Positions 44,600-53,123 of a DNA stretch of 64,000 nucleotides are shown one piece after another. Under the pieces are notes generated by a model. The model was given only the letters and a program-made list of their open reading frames with translations. It did not search any database and was not told the DNA's origin. Every line of letters begins with the position of its first letter. Position 1 is the stretch's first letter. Made by a program: the position numbers and the translations under genes. The DNA comes from Candidatus Limnocylindrus sp. (GTDB lineage Bacteria > Chloroflexota > Limnocylindria > Limnocylindrales > Limnocylindraceae). The stretch spans positions 89,976-153,975 of the forward strand of contig JBBAWM010000001.1 in the NCBI GenBank assembly GCA_040397175.1, read 5' to 3'.

Positions 44600-45457
44600 T
44601 TAGCGGCGGGCGGCGACCGCCTGGACAATGGTGGTGAAGCGCACACCGCCGAGTGCGTTTCCGGCGGCGATGATCGCCTCGAGCACCTCGGCGCGACTCC
44701 CGCGGCCAATGCACTCCGGGTGGAACGTGTAGGTCAGCAGACCGTTGCGTAGGCTTGGATCGGTGAGTGCTCGGGCGTGGGCGAGGCGCAGCTCGGCCAG
44801 CGCCACCTCAGCGAACGCGCTCGGTGGCGATGCGGGGCCACCTCCGCGACCCGGTTCAAACCAGGGCCAATCGTCGAGCCAGTGGCTGATTGGCACTTCC
44901 AGCAGCGTGCCATCGGTACCGAGGGTGGAACGTTCAATGGCGTGGTGATCGCCGTGACGCACGGGGGTGATGCGCGTCTCTTCCCATGCGAGCGACGAGT
45001 CGTAGGTGAAGCCAGCCTCTTCAACGAAGCGCAACGTCTGCTCGGAGAGCGACCAGTATGGTGCGCGAAATCCGACGATCGGCGACGTGTAGCCGGCGGC
45101 ATGTGCGGCGGCGGTGAGGGCGACCCTCTGGCGAACGATCAAGTCTCGCTCTTGGTCGGGGGGGAGGGCGGCGTGGTCTTCATGGGCCCAGCCGTGGCAG
45201 CCAACCTCATGACCGCCGGCCACGATGGCGGCGAGACTCTCGGGCCAGGTGTGCGCGGTGTGCACGGGAACAAAGAAGGTGGCGGGTACGGATTCGCGTG
45301 CAAGGATGGCGAGGATGCGGGGGAGGCCCACGCGCGGACCGAACTCGCCAGTGGAGCGATCGAAGGGGCGGTGCCCCTTCTCAACATCGGAACTGATGGC
45401 GTCATGATCGAAGGTCAGTGCGACCTGCAAGATCACCTCGTTCGCAACCTGGTTCAT
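44600..45457 (-). CDS. Polysaccharide deacetylase (CE4, PuuE/PgdA-like)
   Basis: LTFDHD, EFGPRVGLPRIL, ATFFVP, HEVGCHGWAH, GFRAPYW, YDSS and TFHPECIGR motifs. Confidence 0.9.
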   Translation of the reverse strand: MNQVANEVILQVALTFDHDAISSDVEKGHRPFDRSTGEFGPRVGLPRILAILARESVPATFFVPVHTAHTWPESLAAIVAGGHEVGCHGWAHEDHAALPPDQERDLIVRQRVALTAAAHAAGYTSPIVGFRAPYWSLSEQTLRFVEEAGFTYDSSLAWEETRITPVRHGDHHAIERSTLGTDGTLLEVPISHWLDDWPWFEPGRGGGPASPPSAFAEVALAELRLAHARALTDPSLRNGLLTYTFHPECIGRGSRAEVLEAIIAAGNALGGVRFTTIVQAVAARR

Positions 45458-45512
45458 GGGCGAAGGGTAGCGTCAATCGGCTATCCTTCCCCTCCCGCGG
45501 TGCGGGATCGGT

Positions 45513-45589
<77 letters not shown>

Positions 45590-45631
45590 GTATCACCAGT
45601 GATCTGGCGAACTAAGCGAAGATAGGCATAG

Positions 45632-45707
45632 GCGCCCTTAGCTCAGCGGATAGAGCATCTGGCTTCGGACCAGAGGGTCGGGGGTTCGAGTCCCTCAGGG
45701 CGCACCA
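45632..45707 (+). tRNA. tRNA-Arg (TCG)
   Basis: Acceptor GCGCCCT/AGGGCGC; anticodon arm TCTGG-CT-TCG-GA-CCAGA; GTTCGAG T-loop; encoded CCA. Confidence 0.95.
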
Positions 45708-45805
45708 TCTCTTCTCTCGCAATCTGCTCCGCACGCAGATGTGAAATCTCAAAGATGAGAACCATTTCGCTTGACCGATTCATCGCTGCGCGCCACGATC
45801 AGTTT

Positions 45806-46498
45806 ATGAAGATCCTACTGATTGAAGATGACGCGCGACTTGGCCCGCTGATTGCGCGACTCCTCACCGCCGAGCGACACACCGTGCAGCTCTCGGCCAC
45901 CGGCGCGGACGGCATCACATTCTGGGAGTCGGCATCGTGGGATCTGGTGATTCTCGATCGCATGCTTCCTGACCTTGAAGGTTCGTCCATTCTGCGCGAC
46001 CGCCGCCATGCCGGCGACACCACACCGGTACTCATGCTCACGGCGCTTGGCACCGTTGACGATCGCGTTGAGGGGCTCGACGCCGGGGCCGACGATTACC
46101 TGACGAAGCCATTCGCCGCAACCGAGCTATTGGCTCGGGTGCGCGCCCTTGGCCGCCGCGGCGAGATGTCGGCGAGTGGCGAGGCCGAGCGCGAGGTGGT
46201 GCCAGGCCTGCTGCTCGATGAGGGGCGCCATGCACTTACCGCTGGCGAGAAGGTGATCGACCTCTCAGCGCGCGAATACGCGCTGATCGCCTACCTGATT
46301 CGTAATCGCGGCATCGCCCTCACACGACAGCAGCTCCTCGACGAGGTGTGGGGCGCTGAGCCTGATGTCTACTCCAATGTGGTTGACCTGTACGTGCACT
46401 ACTTGCGCAAGAAGTTTGAAGAGGCGGGCTTCGACAATCTCTTGAAGACGGTCCGCGGCGTTGGCTATCGCTTGGCTGACGCGCCGAAAGAGAAGTAG
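45806..46498 (+). CDS. OmpR/PhoB family response regulator
   Basis: MKILLIEDD, LDRMLP, GADDYLTKPF, NVVDLYVHYLRKK and TVRGVGY motifs. Confidence 0.96.
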   Translation: MKILLIEDDARLGPLIARLLTAERHTVQLSATGADGITFWESASWDLVILDRMLPDLEGSSILRDRRHAGDTTPVLMLTALGTVDDRVEGLDAGADDYLTKPFAATELLARVRALGRRGEMSASGEAEREVVPGLLLDEGRHALTAGEKVIDLSAREYALIAYLIRNRGIALTRQQLLDEVWGAEPDVYSNVVDLYVHYLRKKFEEAGFDNLLKTVRGVGYRLADAPKEK

Positions 46499-46500
46499 CC

Positions 46501-48111
46501 GTGCCGTTCGGTAGTGATCTCAGCGGTGAGGGGATTGAGACGCTGCTCGCCCGCACCCGCCGCCAAATCTCGGTCTTCATTCTGGGCGCCACGGCGCTGG
46601 TTGTGGCGGTGGTCGGCGTTGGCGGGGCGTTGGCTGGCAATAGCGCGCTCGACGCCGGTCTCGATAATGCGCTGGTGGCGCGGGCGGAACGCATCGTTCT
46701 CGTGATCCAAGAGAAGTTACCGCCACTCCCGGGGGTTTCTCCCGGTCCGAGCACCTCTCCAACTCCGAGCGAAAGTCCGGACGAGTCCAACGAGCCTGAC
46801 GCGTCATCAAGTCCAGGTGAATCAGGAGTTCCCGAGCAGGGCCCATCGACCAGGCCAATTCCGAGCGGTGAGATTCCGATGCCGAGTGGTGGGTCCGATG
46901 GCGATGGCGAGGGGCAGGATCAGCAGGATCGCGACAGTGGTCACGCCCCTTCGGAAATCAGCGCGGCGTATTTCGTCGTTGCAGGCGCGCATCTTGATGA
47001 TGCACCGCCTTCAATTCCCCCTGAGCTAACCGAACAGGAGTTCGGCGCCGGTGGCCCCTGGGCCGTACTCGATGCGCACGGAGCAGTCCTCGCGCGTTCA
47101 GCGGGAAGCAGCGCCGATTTTCCAATTCTTACGTTGATTGATGCAACGTCCACTCGGCCATCCGCGAAAACCGTGCTGATCGGCCGTACGGAGTTTCGTG
47201 TGGTGACCACGCCGATCCAACATCCACAGGACCCGAATGGGAAGGTTCTCGGCTATGTACAAGTGGCCGGCCGCCTCGATGTGCGTGACGCCCAGCGACA
47301 GAACCTGTTCGGCTCACTGGTGCTGGTGGCACTCCTTTCACTCGGTGGCGCGCTGGTGATGGCGCTGCTCATCACCCGCCGTGCCTTGGCTCCCATCGCC
47401 GCCGCCGCCGCGCGAGAGCGCGCCCTCGTGGCGAGTGCGTCGCATGAGCTCCGTACCCCTGCCTCCGTGATCCTCTCGAGTGCCGAGATCTTGGAGCGCG
47501 AGGGGCTCGTGAAGCCCGCGGGCCTCGACCTACTCCGCGGCATCGCGGCGGAGTCGGAGCGACTCGGCCGACTCAGTGCCGACCTCCTCACCCTCTCGAG
47601 CCGGCAGGCGACGTCCGAGGGTGGCGAGCGCATGGTCACGGTTGAACTCCACCCAATCAACCTTGATGACGTTGCGCGTGAAGCAATTGAACGTGCTGGA
47701 CCAATGGTGAAGCGCGTCGGCCTTGGCCTGCGCGCGAATGTTGGTCGCAAGCGCCTCACAATTTCAGGCGACACCGATCGATTGATTCAGCTCGTGCTTG
47801 GCCTCGTCGAGAACGCCATCCGCCATTCACCGTCGGCGAGCTCGGTCACCATTGGCACCAGTATCTCTGACGGCTTTGCGTCGATCTGGGTCGACGACGA
47901 AGGCCCTGGAGTGCCACTCCCCGAGCGCGAGCGCATCTTCGAGCCGTTCTATCGCGGCGCTGGACAGGCGCGCATCCACGGCGGGGCGGGACTCGGCTTG
48001 GCGATCGCCCGATCGATTGCGAGTGCGCATAACGGCACCATTGCTGCGGAGACCGCGGTTGGTGGCGGCGCGCGCATGATTGTGCGTATTCCGCTTGTGG
48101 TCGCGGAGTAG
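46501..48111 (+). CDS. Sensor histidine kinase
   Basis: Two TM helices; SHELRTP H-box; ENAIRHS, DEGPG and GAGLGLAIA boxes. Confidence 0.95.
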   Translation: MPFGSDLSGEGIETLLARTRRQISVFILGATALVVAVVGVGGALAGNSALDAGLDNALVARAERIVLVIQEKLPPLPGVSPGPSTSPTPSESPDESNEPDASSSPGESGVPEQGPSTRPIPSGEIPMPSGGSDGDGEGQDQQDRDSGHAPSEISAAYFVVAGAHLDDAPPSIPPELTEQEFGAGGPWAVLDAHGAVLARSAGSSADFPILTLIDATSTRPSAKTVLIGRTEFRVVTTPIQHPQDPNGKVLGYVQVAGRLDVRDAQRQNLFGSLVLVALLSLGGALVMALLITRRALAPIAAAAARERALVASASHELRTPASVILSSAEILEREGLVKPAGLDLLRGIAAESERLGRLSADLLTLSSRQATSEGGERMVTVELHPINLDDVAREAIERAGPMVKRVGLGLRANVGRKRLTISGDTDRLIQLVLGLVENAIRHSPSASSVTIGTSISDGFASIWVDDEGPGVPLPERERIFEPFYRGAGQARIHGGAGLGLAIARSIASAHNGTIAAETAVGGGARMIVRIPLVVAE

Positions 48112-48117
48112 ACTCCC

Positions 48118-48642
48118 ATGGGTGTGGGGACGCCAGCGACGGCGCTGCTGAACGAACAGAAGGTCCCCTTCACGGTGCACGAATACGAGCTCGAACCACT
48201 GAGTGGGGTTGAGCAGCATCGTGGCGAGCGCATCGCCTACGGCGATGCCGCAGCAGCGGCGCTCGGCATTTCACCCGACCGTCTCTGCAAGACACTTCTC
48301 CTCGCTATTGACGGTGCGAGCGATCCACGGACCCTCTTCGCACTCGCCGTTGTGCCGAGCAGTGGTGAACTTTCCGAGAAGGCGGTGGCGACAGCATTGG
48401 GTGCGAAACGTGCGGCCCTCGCGGATGCCGAGAGCGTCCGTCGCGTAACCGGTTACGTCCCCGGAGGTGTCAGCCCACTCGGCTCCAAGCGGCCACTCCC
48501 GTTACTCCTTGACTCGGGTGCGGCAGGGCATGCCACCATCGTTGTCTCTGCGGGTCAACGGGGCCGATCCATCGAACTGCTTCCTGCCGACCTGCTGAGG
48601 GTGGGTCGAGGCGACTTAGCACCGATCGGTGTGGCGCGATGA
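48118..48642 (+). CDS. ybaK: YbaK/EbsC Cys-tRNA(Pro) deacylase
   Basis: TPA..L, KTLL, TGYVPGGVSPLG and SAGQRG motifs. Confidence 0.9.
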   Translation: MGVGTPATALLNEQKVPFTVHEYELEPLSGVEQHRGERIAYGDAAAAALGISPDRLCKTLLLAIDGASDPRTLFALAVVPSSGELSEKAVATALGAKRAALADAESVRRVTGYVPGGVSPLGSKRPLPLLLDSGAAGHATIVVSAGQRGRSIELLPADLLRVGRGDLAPIGVAR

Positions 48643-48733
48643 CTCCACGGGATCGCAATTATTTGAACCTTCTCATGCCGCCTGGCGAAGGCTTTGAGCG
48701 AGTACAGGACACGGGGCGCCCCGCTCACCGACG

Positions 48734-50149
48734 ATGAGCCGTATGACCACCGCCAGTCGAACCAGTGCCGAGCGCCATTTGGCGCCAACCAGTCCGCCGC
48801 TGCCGCGGCGCTGGTCAATCACGCCTGGCGATCTCAATTGGGGGGTGCTTGGGTTCGCCATCATCATCGGCGCCATGTGGGTGCGCCATGGCGGCCTCGA
48901 TCGGTTCGATAGCCCGCTCAATGCCCTCACCGCGATCGGCCAGCTCACCGCCCTCTACGGAACCTACCTTGCCCTCGTCGGCATTCTGCTCATGTCCCGT
49001 GCACCATTTATTGATCAGGTCGTCGGTAGCGACGAGGCGGCGCGCCTCCATCGTCTCGCCGGATACGCCAGCGTCTGGTTCATTGGCGCACACGCCATCG
49101 CCTCAACCATTGGTTACTCGGGCACCACCACTGTTCCGACGATTGGCGAGGTCTGGAATCAGATCTACACGTTTACGATCCTGGAGGCGGGTGGGCTCGG
49201 CGGCACCATCGGCCTTGCACTGCTGATCCTTGTTGCCGTTGTCTCAATTCGTGCAGCACGTGCGCGGCTCGCCTACGAAACCTGGTACGGCATCCACCTG
49301 TACGTCTATCTCGCCATGGCGCTCGGCTTCTTGCATCAACTCACGTTGGGTGTTGATTTTGTCGACGATGGCCTCGCCCGCGCAAGTTGGATTGGTCTTT
49401 ATGCCATTGCATTCGTGCCCCTGATCCTCTTCCGATTCTTGGAGCCGTTGGTGCGCAACCTGCGGCACCGCTTCTATGTGGACCAGGTGGTCATCGAGCG
49501 TGACGGCGTCGCCTCCCTCTGGATCACTGGCAGCGCCATGGAGAAGTTGCCAGTGCGAGCCGGGCAGTGGTTCGGGATCCGCGTGCTCAATGCCAAGGGC
49601 TGGTGGCGCTCCAATCCGTATTCAATCTCGGCCGGCCCGAACGGCATCCACCTGCGCTTCACCATTGAGGCGATTGGTGATCGATCCCGTGATCTACAAC
49701 GCATCAAGCCTGGGACCCGAATCTTCCTCGAGGGGCCATACGGCATCCTTTCAGGCGCAACGCGCACGCATGAGAAGGTGCTCCTGATCGCCGGCGGCAT
49801 CGGCATCACCCCGCTCCGAGCCCTCTTCGAGGTGCTCCCCGTGCGCCGTGGCGACATGGCGCTCCTCTACCGCGCCCCCTCCAACGCCTCTGTTGTCTTT
49901 AAGAAGGAGCTCACCCGCATCGCTGAAGTGCGCGGCGCCACGCTTGATTTTGTGACCGGGAGCCGCGATCAGTTCGCCTTCAACGACGACCCGCTCTCGC
50001 CGGGTGGCCTCTGGGCCGCCTACCCCGACGTGCGCGAACGCGATGTCTACCTCTGCGGCTCGCCGCGCATGATGGCCACCGTCGAGAAGAGCCTGCGAGA
50101 TATTGGCGTACCGCATCACCAAATCCACCTTGAGCGATTTAACTGGTAG
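48734..50149 (+). CDS. Ferric-reductase-like transmembrane domain fused to FNR-type FAD/NAD(P)H domain
   Basis: Heme His residues in LHRLAG, AH, WYGIH and LHQ; NPYSIS, EGPYG, IAGGIGITP, YLCGSP and HLERF motifs. Confidence 0.9.
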   Translation: MSRMTTASRTSAERHLAPTSPPLPRRWSITPGDLNWGVLGFAIIIGAMWVRHGGLDRFDSPLNALTAIGQLTALYGTYLALVGILLMSRAPFIDQVVGSDEAARLHRLAGYASVWFIGAHAIASTIGYSGTTTVPTIGEVWNQIYTFTILEAGGLGGTIGLALLILVAVVSIRAARARLAYETWYGIHLYVYLAMALGFLHQLTLGVDFVDDGLARASWIGLYAIAFVPLILFRFLEPLVRNLRHRFYVDQVVIERDGVASLWITGSAMEKLPVRAGQWFGIRVLNAKGWWRSNPYSISAGPNGIHLRFTIEAIGDRSRDLQRIKPGTRIFLEGPYGILSGATRTHEKVLLIAGGIGITPLRALFEVLPVRRGDMALLYRAPSNASVVFKKELTRIAEVRGATLDFVTGSRDQFAFNDDPLSPGGLWAAYPDVRERDVYLCGSPRMMATVEKSLRDIGVPHHQIHLERFNW

Positions 50150-50176
50150 CCCAGTAGGGCAGAGAGGAGCACACAC

Positions 50177-50767
50177 ATGCCACGACGAGGATTGATTTCG
50201 TTGATCTTTACGATCGCAGGGTTGCGCCTGATCATCGGCTATGTGCCACCAGCCCAGGCGGGAATCGGTGGGATTTCGCCAGACCCTTCTATGTCACCCG
50301 ATCCGTCGGCGAGCCCAACGATCGATCCAACGCCGACACCATCTCCAACGCCGGATCCATCGTTGGCTCCGGGCGCAAGCGCAACCCCGAAGCCAACGGT
50401 AAAGCCAACCCCGAAGCCAACAGCCACGCCAAAGCCAACGGCCACCGCGGCAGCCACGCTGCATAACGGAACCTTTGCGGGGAGCAACTTCAACTACAAC
50501 TACGGCACCATGAAAGTGACCGTCACGATTAGTGGCGGCAAGGTGACCGATGCGTCGGTCTCGCAGAGTGGTCGCTGGGCGATTGGGTATCGCAAGTCAG
50601 CATGCACCGAAGCGGTGTTTAACAGCGCGGCCATTGATCTGAGTGCAGGTAGCTCAACCGGGAGTGACTTCCTGGCGAAGCAGCCCTCGGCCTGCTCTGG
50701 TGCGTCATATTCGTGGTGGGGTTATGCAAACTCACTCCAGGCGGCCATCGATAAGGCGACCTATTGA
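50177..50767 (+). CDS. Membrane-anchored FMN-binding (flavinylation target) protein with PT/PK-rich stalk
   Basis: GTFAG..YGTMKVTVTISGGKVTD fold signature; SGAS motif; SLQAAIDKA; next to apbE. Confidence 0.8.
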   Translation: MPRRGLISLIFTIAGLRLIIGYVPPAQAGIGGISPDPSMSPDPSASPTIDPTPTPSPTPDPSLAPGASATPKPTVKPTPKPTATPKPTATAAATLHNGTFAGSNFNYNYGTMKVTVTISGGKVTDASVSQSGRWAIGYRKSACTEAVFNSAAIDLSAGSSTGSDFLAKQPSACSGASYSWWGYANSLQAAIDKATY

Positions 50768-51537
50768 GCGGCACACTCGACGAGTCGGTCACCCGCGTCG
50801 TCCGAAAGGTCTTCGGCTCAGCAGCATCGCTGGCCGTTGTGGGGGCACTCCCCTCGGCTGCCGTTGAGGCAACCTTCGCGCGGCTGAACGAGATTGAGGA
50901 GCGCTTCTCAACGTACCGTCCCGATTCAGAAATTTGTCGGATTCGAGATGGCGCGCTGGCTCGCTCAGCGGCCCACCCAGAGACGCAGCAGATCCTCAAC
51001 GTCTGCGAGGCACTCTATGAGGAGAGCGGCGGCATCTTTGACGCCTGGCATGCTGGGCGCGATGGCGGCCTCGAGCCCGCTGGCTACGTGAAGGGGTGGG
51101 CGATCGGCGTGGCCGGAGCCATCTTGCGCGAGCATGGCGTCGAGAACTTCTCGCTCGGCATTGGCGGCGACATCACCGCTGCAGGTGGCGGACCTGCAGG
51201 CATCGGCTGGAGTGTTGGTGTGGTTGATCCGCGCCGCAGCACCACGTTGGTTGCACGAGTCTCCCTTCGAAACGAGGGCATTGCCACGAGCGGTATGGCA
51301 GAGCGACCGGGGCACCTTCGCGACGCAGGAACGGGCGGCGCTGCAACCAGCCCATGGCTCAGCTTCACCGTGGTGGGGCCCGACATTGCCCGAGTCGATG
51401 CACTCGCCACGATCTGCTTCCTTGAGGGGCGAGCGGGTATGCAGCGAGTCGATCAAGAGCCCGGGTACGGCGCATTGGCCATGGACACCGACGGGGTGCT
51501 CACCGCCACTGAGGGTTTTCGCACCCGCACGATTTAA
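50764..51537 (+). CDS. apbE: FAD:protein FMN transferase ApbE
   Basis: FSTYRPDSEI, GIFDAW, GYVKGWA, GGDI, IATSG..ERPGH and DALAT motifs. Confidence 0.9.
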   Translation: MSGTLDESVTRVVRKVFGSAASLAVVGALPSAAVEATFARLNEIEERFSTYRPDSEICRIRDGALARSAAHPETQQILNVCEALYEESGGIFDAWHAGRDGGLEPAGYVKGWAIGVAGAILREHGVENFSLGIGGDITAAGGGPAGIGWSVGVVDPRRSTTLVARVSLRNEGIATSGMAERPGHLRDAGTGGAATSPWLSFTVVGPDIARVDALATICFLEGRAGMQRVDQEPGYGALAMDTDGVLTATEGFRTRTI

Positions 51538-51661
51538 GGGTATTTATTAGCGACTTCTCACGAGTTCCTGTGGGGGCACACAGGACAGCAGCACGAGGGC
51601 TCGCTGAATATGACTGTAGGCGACCGAGGCGATAGCCGAGGCGAGCGAAAGGAGCAATGTC

Positions 51662-52129
51662 ATGGCAAAGAACAAGAGCTCATTTGAGGGCCAGGAACTC
51701 GCTCCGATGGAGCCATGGCGCCCAGAGTACGCACCGCAAGTGGTGACAAGCCGCCGCCATCCAGCGTCAACCATTGTTGCCTTCGTGCTGGCCGCGGGAT
51801 TCGGCCTCTCCGTCGGTGGGGCCTTCGCCAGTCAGGCGGGCATCTTGCCGCCACTCGGTGGCACTGATGCAGCTGTCGTGGCAGACCAGTCGCCGGATGC
51901 ATCTGTTGATCCAGCCGTTGTTCCAGCGGTCGACCCAACGGACGACTCGGCGCTCGTGGTTGATGTCACGTCAGCACCAAGCGATGCGCCAATTGTTGAT
52001 CCAGCTCCGACCACGGATCCAGTTGTCCTTCCACCGCCACCAGGCGGCGGATCTGATGACGAAGATGACGGTGGAAAAGACGACGGGAATGACGACGGCG
52101 ATGACAGCGAGGGTGGCGACAACGACTGA
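51662..52129 (+). CDS. Small membrane-anchored Pro/Asp-rich protein
   Basis: SD AAGGAG; one TM helix; VDP repeats; acidic DDEDDGGKDDGNDDGDD tail. Confidence 0.75.
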   Translation: MAKNKSSFEGQELAPMEPWRPEYAPQVVTSRRHPASTIVAFVLAAGFGLSVGGAFASQAGILPPLGGTDAAVVADQSPDASVDPAVVPAVDPTDDSALVVDVTSAPSDAPIVDPAPTTDPVVLPPPPGGGSDDEDDGGKDDGNDDGDDSEGGDND

Positions 52130-52151
52130 CCGCTAGCCTCCCAGTATCTAC

Positions 52152-52191
52152 GAGTCGCCGCAGCTCACTGGCGGGTAAGCTGCGGCGACTC
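52152..52191 (+). terminator. Strong stem-loop after the Asp-rich gene
   Basis: Perfect 14-bp stem GAGTCGCCGCAGCT/AGCTGCGGCGACTC; no U-tract. Confidence 0.6.
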
Positions 52192-52226
52192 TGCGTCTAG
52201 CGCACCACTCCGTGTATCGTGCAGCA

Positions 52227-53123
52227 ATGCCATCAGCACCACTCGGATTTGCCACTCGACATCCGCGCCTTGGGGCAGCGCTTGGCGCCGTCGCTATCTC
52301 GCAATCCTCGACACTCGCCAAGCTTTCCGGCGGAACACCCGCGGTCGTCACGCTATTTCGTGGCGCAATCTCACTGCCCTTCCTCTGGTTGATCGCACGC
52401 CGTGAGGGGCACAGCGCCGCACGACGTGATCGACTTCTGGCCGTCGGTGCCGGAGCGCTCTTCGCGCTTGATCTGCAGTGCTTCCACATCTCTATTCCGC
52501 TGCTCGGTGTGGGCCTGGCAACCGTGGTGCCGAATGCGCAGGTCTTCATCGTGGGCATCTATGCCGCGCTCACGGGGGAGCGCACCCCAGGTCGCGCCAT
52601 TGCGGCCATCCCCTTTGCCTTCCTCGGACTTGCGCTGCTTGCCCGAGTGGTTGACCCGTTCTCTGGCGCACTCAACGTGTCCGCCGGTAGCAACCCAGCC
52701 CTGGGCGTGTTGTGGGGACTCGGCGCGGCAAGCTTCTACGGCCTCTATCTGGTGATCACGCGGCGCATCTCTTCGGGCTCCAGCGCCGTGGGGCCATTCG
52801 GCATGCTGCGCGATGCGGCGTTCGGCACCATTGCGGTGTCGGGGCTCATCGCCATTGCCGGCGGAACGATCCTTCCGCCGGATCTGTGGCCGGGGGTCGG
52901 CTACCTGGTGCTCCTCGCCCTCATGTCGCAGGTGCTCGGCTACCCGCTGATCAACGCCTCGATCCCGCACCTACCGAGCGTTGTGGGCTCGGTACTGCTC
53001 TTTGTGCAGCCGCTCATGACCGTGGTGGCGGGGGCGCTGATCTTCGGCGAAATCCCAGCCCCTGGGCAACTGCTCGGCGCGCTGATCCTCTTCGGCGGGG
53101 TGTTGGTCGCGGCGCGCCGCTAG
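52227..53123 (+). CDS. DMT/EamA family transporter
   Basis: About 10 TM helices with EamA duplication; GE(R/I)P motifs. Confidence 0.88.
   Translation: MPSAPLGFATRHPRLGAALGAVAISQSSTLAKLSGGTPAVVTLFRGAISLPFLWLIARREGHSAARRDRLLAVGAGALFALDLQCFHISIPLLGVGLATVVPNAQVFIVGIYAALTGERTPGRAIAAIPFAFLGLALLARVVDPFSGALNVSAGSNPALGVLWGLGAASFYGLYLVITRRISSGSSAVGPFGMLRDAAFGTIAVSGLIAIAGGTILPPDLWPGVGYLVLLALMSQVLGYPLINASIPHLPSVVGSVLLFVQPLMTVVAGALIFGEIPAPGQLLGALILFGGVLVAARR

Noticed and set aside
44515-44600. GGAAGUAAGG..GAA on the minus strand resembling glnA or lysine riboswitches; AAGCAGCCAGG resembling SRP RNA
   Set aside because: The remaining helices and conserved nucleotides are missing and the position is 3' of genes; kept only as an unknown RNA candidate.
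50270-50450. Short tandem repeats such as CCGAAGCCAAC
   Set aside because: They encode the PT/PK linker; there are no spacers, so this is not a CRISPR array.
51598-51655. CGCTGAAT and twin CCGAGGCGA suggesting a c-di-AMP (ydaO) riboswitch
   Set aside because: Too short and missing the conserved GGGG/GAAUC and AGCUAAC elements.
45708-52200. Genomic island inserted at tRNA-Arg
   Set aside because: No integrase, no duplicated tRNA 3' end and no visible compositional shift.
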